A DNA stretch of 64,000 nucleotides from Myxococcota bacterium (lineage in GTDB: Bacteria; Myxococcota_A; Polyangia; Polyangiales; Houyiibacteriaceae). Positions within the stretch are counted from its first letter, which is position 1; each line of letters starts with the position of its first letter. A program made the translations under genes and the position numbers. The notes under the pieces were generated by a model, which was not told the origin of the DNA, ran no database searches, and saw only the letters and a list, made by a program, of their open reading frames with translations. This document shows, in pieces, positions 30,003-37,821 of this stretch. The DNA is taken from the NCBI GenBank assembly GCA_039030515.1, contig JBCCEA010000015.1:29825-93824 (forward strand), given 5' to 3'.

Positions 30003-31976
30003 ATGATGGGCCCGCGAGAAGGGGCATGCCCCAACTGCGGGGGTCCTATCGAGTTTCGATTGGGCGCCTCGAAAGCGATCGTCTGTCCCTGGTGTCGACA
30101 CAGTGTCGCTCGGACCGATCACAACTTCGAAGCTCGCGGAAAAGTTGCAGACCTTGTTCCGACCGCACCCGTGATGGCGGTAGGAGACCACGGCACAGTT
30201 TTGGGCAAACCGTTCGTGGTCCGGGGGCGTCTGCAGCTGGACCACGGTAAGGGGCCATGGGACGAATGGTACGTCGAACTACCTCAGAGCGGTGCATGGG
30301 GTTGGCTCGCAAAGGCGCAGGGAAACTTCTATTTGACGTCTCCGGTGGAAGCGAGCGGTGCGCCTCACTACGAGCAGATGAAGCCGGGAGCAGAGGGCAC
30401 GCTGCCTGGCTCGGGTGAAGTTCGATGGACGGTTACCGAAAAGGGTCTGTCCCGACTGCTGAGTGCCGAAGGCGAGCTGCCTTTCCCGGCGCCCGTGGGG
30501 CAAACCACACGCTACGTCGATATCGTGGGCCCCGAACGTCGCTTTGGCACCATCGACTACGGCACCGAGCACAGCGGGGTCGCACAGCTCTATTTCGGCT
30601 ACGAAGTCGACGCCTCCGAGCTGCGTGTTCAGGAGGGCTCAACGGGTGAGCGGGTCAAGGAGCACGTATCTCTCGGAACGCTTTCGTGCTCCAATTGCGG
30701 AGGACCTATCGAGATCCGAGTGCCCGATCAAACGGAGCGGGTCGTCTGCGGACACTGCCATGCCACGCTGGATTTTAAGAGCGGGACGCTGCGTCTCCTC
30801 GGACAGCTCCACCAAGACCTCGTCCATCCGGCGATCCCCCTCGGACGTCGCGGAACGCTGCAGGAGACGGACTTGCTCTGCATCGGATTCATGGAGCGTT
30901 GCACCTATGTTGAAGGATCATTCTACTCATGGCGAGAGTATCTCCTGTATTCCGATTCTGGATACCGATGGCTGCTGGAAGATTCGGGCCACTGGCTCTT
31001 CCTTGCCCCAACGCATGCCGCAGATATCGAATCAGTAGACAGTGGCGCTAGATATCAGAATCGCACCTACCGTAAGTTCTCCTCAACCGAAGCATCGGTG
31101 CGCTACGTGGTTGGCGAATTCTACTGGAAGGTGGAACAGGGTGAGTCCGCATTTACGACCGACTATATCGCTCCTCCTTACATTCTCAGTGAAGAACGTA
31201 CCGTCAAGGAAATCGTCTGGTCTCACGGAACCTATCTAGAACCAGAAGAAGTCTACCGAGCATTTTCCATCGACGGAACGCCACTCAAACCGATTGGGGT
31301 CGCTCCATGCCAACCCAACCGCATCTCTCTACTCCCGGCGCTCATCACGGCAGCTCTGGGCACTGCAGGACTCGGACTCATCAGCATCCTCCTTCACTCA
31401 ATGTCCGGCCCGATGGTTCCTTTGGTCAAGGGAAGCATCGACATGCCTCAAGAGCCCGAGCAGGCGATGGTTTCGCGCGGCCTAAGAGGTTCTGCCACCA
31501 CAACTGTAGAATCTGGCCCGAGCACGCTGGTCCATTTCACCGAGCCCTTTCGTCTTCCTGAAGGGTGTAACGGTATTGAGGTCTCCCTTCAGTCGACCAT
31601 GGGAAGCGGCTGGATTGGAGTCGCCTTCGCATTGATCCACAAGGAGACCGGAGCAAGGGTCGAATTTGCGATGGAGATCGACCGGTTTCATGAATCCGGC
31701 GCAGATAGCGCCTTGCGACTCGCGGGACCCAAAGAATCGATAGGCCATCTTCAACCGGGCACCTATACCCTACGACTCGATCCTAGGTGGGCCCGCAAGC
31801 CCAACGCGCCCCACGCCAAAACCGCTCCAAGCGTAGAGTTGACCCTTACGAGTCAAAGCCCGACTTCCGATACGTGCGCCTTTTGCTACGTGCTTATTCT
31901 TTTTCTGCCCCTTATCGGGGCCTACATGCGGCGCGCAAACTTCGAGACCCGCCGTTTTGAGAACTCAAATCTCTAA
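30003..31976 (+). CDS. DUF4178 protein (two Zn-ribbon + DUF4178 units, TM-flanked C-terminal domain)
   Basis: CPNC..CPWC and CSNC..CGHC; WDEWY and WREYLL; AEGELPF and VVGEFYWKV; ends FETRRFENS. Confidence 0.85.
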   Translation: MMGPREGACPNCGGPIEFRLGASKAIVCPWCRHSVARTDHNFEARGKVADLVPTAPVMAVGDHGTVLGKPFVVRGRLQLDHGKGPWDEWYVELPQSGAWGWLAKAQGNFYLTSPVEASGAPHYEQMKPGAEGTLPGSGEVRWTVTEKGLSRLLSAEGELPFPAPVGQTTRYVDIVGPERRFGTIDYGTEHSGVAQLYFGYEVDASELRVQEGSTGERVKEHVSLGTLSCSNCGGPIEIRVPDQTERVVCGHCHATLDFKSGTLRLLGQLHQDLVHPAIPLGRRGTLQETDLLCIGFMERCTYVEGSFYSWREYLLYSDSGYRWLLEDSGHWLFLAPTHAADIESVDSGARYQNRTYRKFSSTEASVRYVVGEFYWKVEQGESAFTTDYIAPPYILSEERTVKEIVWSHGTYLEPEEVYRAFSIDGTPLKPIGVAPCQPNRISLLPALITAALGTAGLGLISILLHSMSGPMVPLVKGSIDMPQEPEQAMVSRGLRGSATTTVESGPSTLVHFTEPFRLPEGCNGIEVSLQSTMGSGWIGVAFALIHKETGARVEFAMEIDRFHESGADSALRLAGPKESIGHLQPGTYTLRLDPRWARKPNAPHAKTAPSVELTLTSQSPTSDTCAFCYVLILFLPLIGAYMRRANFETRRFENSNL

Positions 31977-32018
31977 ATGAATCCCTACCCCCAACCGACG
32001 AACCCCTGAGGAGCTGCG

Positions 32019-32285
32019 ATGTTGCGATACGCCTTCTACCCGCTCTTTGGCCTCTCTGTGCTTGGAAGCTACGCAGTGATGAACGCGAGCGGTGCCGACA
32101 TCACCTCGGTACGCACCACCAGGAGCAGCGTCCCGGCGACTTATGGCCGCGCAGAGGACTTCCAAGGCGCACCTTTGATTTGGCGTACGGGATTTCATGG
32201 ACCGGGTTTGTATCGCACCGGGAGGTACCGCAGCACGAGCGGATACCGAGGAGGCTACTTTGGCGGCTTCGGCGGGGGAAAGTAG
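32019..32285 (+). CDS. Small membrane-anchored protein with Gly/aromatic tail ending GGGK
   Basis: GAGGAG RBS, N-terminal hydrophobic helix, tail GYRGGYFGGFGGGK. Confidence 0.75.
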   Translation: MLRYAFYPLFGLSVLGSYAVMNASGADITSVRTTRSSVPATYGRAEDFQGAPLIWRTGFHGPGLYRTGRYRSTSGYRGGYFGGFGGGK

Positions 32286-32287
32286 GC

Positions 32288-33085
32288 TTGGAGCCCGCTT
32301 CGTCAGCCGAAACCTTATCAGCACCTGGATACTTGCGGTTCATCTGGATGTGCGCCGCTGTTCTACTGGGCGTGCTTTCCCTACTCAACTACGCCGCATC
32401 GCCTTCGACATCCGGGGGTTCCGCGACACGGGAAGAGACATCTTCCAGACAGTTGCTCGTAGCGCTTCGCTGGCCCGAACATCCACATCAAACAGATGCA
32501 GCATCCAAGTCCAGCGACTCGATGTATTCGTATGACAACCTCGGAAGCTCACCGACTGACGAACGAATTTCCTCAAGGTTCAGACTGGAATCACCCAGTG
32601 TTGTCGAGCTGGAGTTGGACTCGACTTCGATCGGAACGGGAACGCAGTTCGACTGGGAACTGATCCACTGCAGTCTTATTCCGGACCTTCGAGAGAACGT
32701 AGGCGTCCAATCTAACGCGGGCGAAGAAACCAGAATCGACTTCACCATCAACTTAGACGGTACCTACTTAGAGGGTGAAGATATACGCCGGGTGCGCGTC
32801 GACCGCGTACCAGCCGGCAGCTATTCACTCAGACTGACGCCGCGCTCCTCTATGCCCGCGATCGAGTCCGATGATGGCAGCCCAAGTAGGCGCGAAGGGA
32901 AGCCTCCGACAGCGCGCCTGTTCAGAGTGCAGGCTTCAGACTGGAACTTCTGGATCGCAGCCGGGGTGCTTCTCATCCCGGTGATGATCGCATCCGTTCG
33001 CGAAGCATCAAAACTCCTGAAAAACCACTCCACACTTCCGCAGGGCGACTGCGGAACAGCCGAAGGACATTCCGATGAACCTTGA
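32288..33085 (+). CDS. Two-TM protein resembling the C-terminal module of the upstream DUF4178 protein
   Basis: TM-domain-TM layout; VPAGSYSLRLTPR versus LQPGTYTLRLDPR; start uncertain (TTG 32288 or ATG 32348). Confidence 0.62.
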   Translation: MEPASSAETLSAPGYLRFIWMCAAVLLGVLSLLNYAASPSTSGGSATREETSSRQLLVALRWPEHPHQTDAASKSSDSMYSYDNLGSSPTDERISSRFRLESPSVVELELDSTSIGTGTQFDWELIHCSLIPDLRENVGVQSNAGEETRIDFTINLDGTYLEGEDIRRVRVDRVPAGSYSLRLTPRSSMPAIESDDGSPSRREGKPPTARLFRVQASDWNFWIAAGVLLIPVMIASVREASKLLKNHSTLPQGDCGTAEGHSDEP

Positions 33086-33299
33086 TTGGTCCCGCTTGCT
33101 CGGAGCACTGATAGAAACCACTTTGTTCAGTGCCCTGGGCATCATCTTTTTCGCCATCGCCTTTTTTGCGATCACCACGATCACGCCTTTTTCGATTCGC
33201 AAGGAGATCGAAGAAGATCAAAACACCGCCCTTGGGATCGTCATCGGCTCAGTGTTCATAGGGGTGGCCCTCATCATCGCAGCAGTCCTTGGAAACTGA
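33075..33299 (+). CDS. DUF350 small membrane protein
   Basis: TPFSIRKEIEEDQNTALGIVIGSVFIGVALIIAA. Confidence 0.88.
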   Translation: MNLDWSRLLGALIETTLFSALGIIFFAIAFFAITTITPFSIRKEIEEDQNTALGIVIGSVFIGVALIIAAVLGN

Positions 33300-34857
33300 C
33301 CCGGCAAGCACGCCAAACCTGGGCGAGAAGAGACGCGGTGCCCTGAACGTCAAAGCGGCGCTGCTGCTGCTTTCGGTCCTGGTGGTGGCTACCTCCGGCC
33401 TCGTGTACGAACTGCTCATCGGAACTTTGGCGAGCTATGTTCTCGGAGATTCGGTCACCCAGTTTTCTACCACCATCGGCACGTACCTATTCGCCATGGG
33501 GATCGGTTCCTATCTTTCGAAATTCGTCGATCGTTCGGTCGCCGCACGGTTCGTCGAAATAGAACTTGCCGCAGCGATCGCTGGAGGATTTGCAGCCCCA
33601 ACGCTCTTTATCGCGTACGCCTACAGCACCCATTTTTCGTTGGTGCTTTACGGGCTGCTGATCTTGATCGGGACGCTGGTAGGGCTCGAGATTCCCCTCC
33701 TTATGCGCATACTGAGGGAAGAACTACGCTTCGAAGAGCTCGTCGCGCAGGTGCTCACCGTCGACTATATCGGCGCGCTCATCGGCTCTTTGCTCTTCGC
33801 TATGGTGCTCGTGCCCCACTTTGGCTTGAATCGTACTTCGATGGCGTTTGGCCTCCTAAACTGCGCAGTGGCGATGATGAGCACTTGGGCACTGAGGCAT
33901 CTGCTAACCAGGAAGCAGCGGATTCATCTACGGATCCGCGGGCTCATAGTCGCTGGCTGCTTGAGCGCCGGTCTCTGGAACGCACACCATCTCACTGCAT
34001 TTGCGGAGCAGTCGATCTACGCAGACCCAATCGTGTTCGCAAAGCAAACGCCGTTTCAGCGAATCGTACTGACTCAGAACCCGCGGAGCGTGCAGCTGTT
34101 CCTGAACGGCAATCTGCAGTTCAGCTCTCGAGATGAATATCGATATCACGAGGCGCTGGTCCATCCCGCATTCAGCGTTGCAGAATCCCCGGAACGCGTC
34201 CTCATACTCGGAGGTGGCGACGGCCTGGCACTCAGAGAGGTGCTCCGCTATCCCAGTGTGCGCTCGGTGGTCCTCGTGGAACTAGACCCAGAGGTGGTCG
34301 CGATGGCAAAGAACGTTTCCACGCTGCGCGCACTCAATCGAGATTCACTTCTCGATCCGAGGGTGGAACTCGTGCACGACGACGCCATGGTGTGGCTTGA
34401 TCAGGAGCACCTGAAGCCGTTTGACATACTGATCATCGATTTTCCTGACCCCAACAATTTCTCTCTTGGAAAACTCTACACTAGCCGATTCTACGCGCTC
34501 GTACGGCACACCATGCATGCGGAAAGCGTCTTGGCGGTGCAAAGCACTTCTCCTTATTTCGCGAGAAGGAGCTATTGGTGCATCGTGAATACGATAGAGC
34601 AGGCGGGACTCTATACCGCCCCGTACCATGCGGTAGTGCCGTCTTTCGGAGACTGGGGATTCGTTCTGGCAAAGCGCCACCCTTTTGATACGCCTCAGGC
34701 GCCGAAGATCGAAGGATTGAAGTTTCTGAATGAGACAACGATGCCGCTTCTTTTTGTTTTTGAACCCGACGCCGGCTCGATCGATGTCGAAGTCAATCGA
34801 CTCAACACTCAAAAGCTCGTTCGGTACTACGCGCACGACTGGGCTCAATGGAATTAG
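33289..34857 (+). CDS. speE: Membrane-bound polyamine aminopropyltransferase (spermidine synthase-like)
   Basis: About 7 TM N-terminal domain (GLVYEL, GLEIPLLMR), LNGNLQFSSRDEYRYHEALVHP, GGGDGL, DFPDP, VPSFGDWGF. Confidence 0.9.
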   Translation: METDPASTPNLGEKRRGALNVKAALLLLSVLVVATSGLVYELLIGTLASYVLGDSVTQFSTTIGTYLFAMGIGSYLSKFVDRSVAARFVEIELAAAIAGGFAAPTLFIAYAYSTHFSLVLYGLLILIGTLVGLEIPLLMRILREELRFEELVAQVLTVDYIGALIGSLLFAMVLVPHFGLNRTSMAFGLLNCAVAMMSTWALRHLLTRKQRIHLRIRGLIVAGCLSAGLWNAHHLTAFAEQSIYADPIVFAKQTPFQRIVLTQNPRSVQLFLNGNLQFSSRDEYRYHEALVHPAFSVAESPERVLILGGGDGLALREVLRYPSVRSVVLVELDPEVVAMAKNVSTLRALNRDSLLDPRVELVHDDAMVWLDQEHLKPFDILIIDFPDPNNFSLGKLYTSRFYALVRHTMHAESVLAVQSTSPYFARRSYWCIVNTIEQAGLYTAPYHAVVPSFGDWGFVLAKRHPFDTPQAPKIEGLKFLNETTMPLLFVFEPDAGSIDVEVNRLNTQKLVRYYAHDWAQWN

Positions 34858-34916
34858 AGCATGCGTGGAACTAGAGCATGCGTGGAACTAGAGCATGCGT
34901 GGAACTAGAGCATGCG
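34849..34916. repeat. 17 bp tandem repeat (4 copies) starting at the speE stop codon
   Basis: TGGAA(T/C)TAGAGCATGCG four times; the first copy contains the last codons and the TAG stop. Confidence 0.92.
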
Positions 34917-34944
34917 TTCTAGCCGCAACGTTACGTAGGTAGCC

Positions 34945-36621
34945 ATGAGGTCACGTCGTCGCGAAATGATACGCACCCTCCTCGGCAGCGGGGCACTGTA
35001 TTCGCTCGGAGGCAGCAAGGGAATCTCCGGTTGCGGGAGATCACCCGAGTCTGCCGGCATCGCGATAAAAGGGAACCTCATCGATCCATCCTTTGCGTGG
35101 GGACACCGTTTACGTGACGGAAGCATCGCAGGTCAGCTCTTCGAGACGTGTCGAGCGGACCAGGTTGAAGTCGCCATCCTAGGTGGCGGGATTGCCGGTC
35201 TTAGTGCTGCCTGGCAACTCGAGCGAAAAGGACTCTCTGACTTTAGAGTGCTGGAGCTCGAAGCCACCCCTGGGGGCACCTCGATGTCGGGCTCCTCTGC
35301 GGTCACTCGCTATCCATGGGGCGCCCACTATCTACCGGTTCCAATGGAGCACAATACGCCGCTTATCGAACTGCTTAGCGAAATGGACGCCCTTGAGCAC
35401 CCACCCAAGCGCTCTTCACCCTCAACTCGTACGCACCCCCAAGGACGGGAGCATCTACTCGTCAGACAGCCTGACTCGAGGGTCTACTACCGAGGCCGCT
35501 GGTATCCTGGACTCTATCTGCATGCAGGATGCAGCACCCAAGACATCGAAGATCTACGTAAATTCCAGCTACTGCTCGACGACCTGCTCTTGAAACCCAC
35601 CGAGGACGGCAAACGATCCTTCGCCCTACCCAGCCGGCTCTCCTCCGAGGATCCAAAACTTCGGGCGCTCGACCGAGTCAGCGCGCTCGACTGGCTTCGC
35701 TCGCATCAACTGCATTCAACGCGCCTACATTGGCTTGTGAACTACGCATGCCGGGATGACTACGGCCTCTCCCTAGATGAGACATCGGCGTGGGCTGCGC
35801 TTTACTACTGGATCGCGCGTATGAAGGGGCCCGGCGAGGAAACGATGGAGCTGCTCACCTGGCCGGAGGGCAACGGAGCCTTTGTCGATCACTTCTGCGG
35901 CTCCATCGGCAAAAGGCTTGACCTTCAGAAGCTCGCTGTGCGCGTTGCCGAGACCAGCGAGGGAACGGTACGCATCGACTACCTAGACGCGAAGGACGGC
36001 ACGCCGCACAGGCTGATCGCGAAACGCGCGATCGTGGCGCTACCACGCTTTGTCGCCAAGCGACTGGGCTGCAATCTGCCGGAAGACGCCGCGGAGGGCT
36101 TTTCCTACGGCACCTGGATGGTCGCAAACGTACACCTTCAAGATCGACCGCGAGAGAAATCGGGAATACCCTTTTCATGGGATAACGTATTTTATGAGAG
36201 CCCGTCTTTAGGCTACGTCAGTGCAACCCATCAAAGAGGGCGCGACTACGGCCCCACCGTTTGGACCTACTACCTGCCGATCACCGGGAGACACCCGGCA
36301 GATGCCCGGAAGTCACTATTCGAGGCCGACTGGGCAGAGCTCGCGGAGGTAGTCCTCACAGACCTGCGACCTGCACATCGAGATCTCGATCGACTGGTGG
36401 AGACCATCGATATCCGGCGGTACGGCCACGCCATGATCCAGCCGCGCACCGGCTTTATCGACTCGACAGCGCGGAGAAACGCGGCAGCGCCCCGGGGACC
36501 GGTGCACTTTGCCCACAGCGACCTTTCTGGGTTGGCGCTCTTTGAAGAGGCGTTCGATCATGGAATTCGAACCGCAAACGAAGTTCTAGAATCCCTAGCG
36601 CTTCCCGCACATGAATCCTGA
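34945..36621 (+). CDS. Flavin-dependent oxidoreductase (amine oxidase / protoporphyrinogen oxidase-like), Tat-like leader
   Basis: SRRREMI leader, ILGGGIAGLSAA (FAD binding), WGAHYLP, YACRDDYG, WPEGNG, GHAM, FAHSDLSG..FEEA. Confidence 0.85.
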   Translation: MRSRRREMIRTLLGSGALYSLGGSKGISGCGRSPESAGIAIKGNLIDPSFAWGHRLRDGSIAGQLFETCRADQVEVAILGGGIAGLSAAWQLERKGLSDFRVLELEATPGGTSMSGSSAVTRYPWGAHYLPVPMEHNTPLIELLSEMDALEHPPKRSSPSTRTHPQGREHLLVRQPDSRVYYRGRWYPGLYLHAGCSTQDIEDLRKFQLLLDDLLLKPTEDGKRSFALPSRLSSEDPKLRALDRVSALDWLRSHQLHSTRLHWLVNYACRDDYGLSLDETSAWAALYYWIARMKGPGEETMELLTWPEGNGAFVDHFCGSIGKRLDLQKLAVRVAETSEGTVRIDYLDAKDGTPHRLIAKRAIVALPRFVAKRLGCNLPEDAAEGFSYGTWMVANVHLQDRPREKSGIPFSWDNVFYESPSLGYVSATHQRGRDYGPTVWTYYLPITGRHPADARKSLFEADWAELAEVVLTDLRPAHRDLDRLVETIDIRRYGHAMIQPRTGFIDSTARRNAAAPRGPVHFAHSDLSGLALFEEAFDHGIRTANEVLESLALPAHES

Positions 36622-36635
36622 AGTGAGGCCAACCC

Positions 36636-37727
36636 GTGCTTTGGCGCTACCGAGTCCCAAGTCTGAATGAGCTCAAAAGAGGACCGTGGCTGTTTGGCCT
36701 TCGAGCCGATCTCATGGCCTTTGGCGGGAGCGCGATGGTCGCTGCGGTGCTCGTCCTTTACGGAGCGACGACCCAGCTATTAGAGCGAGAGCTGTCTCTG
36801 CTTTTTTGGCTCGTGCTGATCGTCGGCATCGACGTGGCGCACGTTTGGGCCACAGCCTATCGCGTCTACCTGGATCCCGATGAACTGCGGAGTCGACGCC
36901 TGCTGTACCTCGGGATGCCTCTGGTTCTCTATTTCATCAACCTCATCCTGTATGCGATCAGCCCTTCTCTTTTCTGGAGATGCCTCGCCTACGCCGCCGT
37001 TTTTCATTTTGTCCGTCAACAGCTCGGATGGGTTCTGCTTTATCGTCGCAAGGCAGGTGAATCGGCCTCGGTCGATGCAGTACTTGACCGCACCGCAGTC
37101 TACGCCGCCACGGTCTACCCGCTGCTCCATTGGCATGCCCATCTGCCGCGCAATTTTTATTGGTTCGTCGAGGGAGATTTCGTCACCGGGGTGCGGCTCG
37201 ATTGGGTAGACGCATTGGAGCCCCTCTACTGGGCTGTACTGGCGATCTTCGTTTTAAGGCAGCTGCACCTGTTCTTGCGAGGAGTGCTCAATCCCGGCAA
37301 AATCCTCGTCGTCAGCACCACCTGGTTTTGTTGGTGGCTGGGCATCATCGCGCTCGATAGCGATTATGCGTTTACCGTCACCAATGTCGTGATTCACGGC
37401 GTGCCCTACATGGTGCTCAACTATACGTATGCCCGCCAAAGGGCACGTCAGAACCCTTCCTCCGCGGGTTCGGTGTTGACCTCGAGGGGCTGGTTCATCT
37501 TTCTACTCAGTCTTGTGTTCTGCGCGCTGCTGGAAGAAACGCTCTGGGACCGCTGGGTCTATCACGATCGCCCGGCGTTCTTTGGAACAGGCAGCGTGTT
37601 TTCGGGGCAGATCGTCGCCCTTCTGGCACCTGCGTTGGCCCTACCCCAAACACTGCACTATTTCCTCGACGGTGTGATCTGGCGTACGCGGCGCCGTACG
37701 GCCAAAAAGCACGTAGCCTTCCTCTGA
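36636..37727 (+). CDS. Uncharacterised polytopic membrane protein with His motifs
   Basis: About 8-9 TM helices; DVAHVWAT, FHFVRQ, IHGVPY, HYFLDGVIW. Confidence 0.75.
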   Translation: MLWRYRVPSLNELKRGPWLFGLRADLMAFGGSAMVAAVLVLYGATTQLLERELSLLFWLVLIVGIDVAHVWATAYRVYLDPDELRSRRLLYLGMPLVLYFINLILYAISPSLFWRCLAYAAVFHFVRQQLGWVLLYRRKAGESASVDAVLDRTAVYAATVYPLLHWHAHLPRNFYWFVEGDFVTGVRLDWVDALEPLYWAVLAIFVLRQLHLFLRGVLNPGKILVVSTTWFCWWLGIIALDSDYAFTVTNVVIHGVPYMVLNYTYARQRARQNPSSAGSVLTSRGWFIFLLSLVFCALLEETLWDRWVYHDRPAFFGTGSVFSGQIVALLAPALALPQTLHYFLDGVIWRTRRRTAKKHVAFL

Positions 37728-37821
37728 GTCCGAGCCGCGAAAACTCCCAACGCATAGGCAGCTGAGACTCGAGGGTTCCACCGGCAGCTTCGGCTCGCTC
37801 GTGTTAGAAGCCGGGTGCAGT

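Noticed and set aside
30003..37727. DUF4178-speE locus as a mobile island
   Set aside because: No integrase, transposase, flanking direct repeats or obvious compositional shift.
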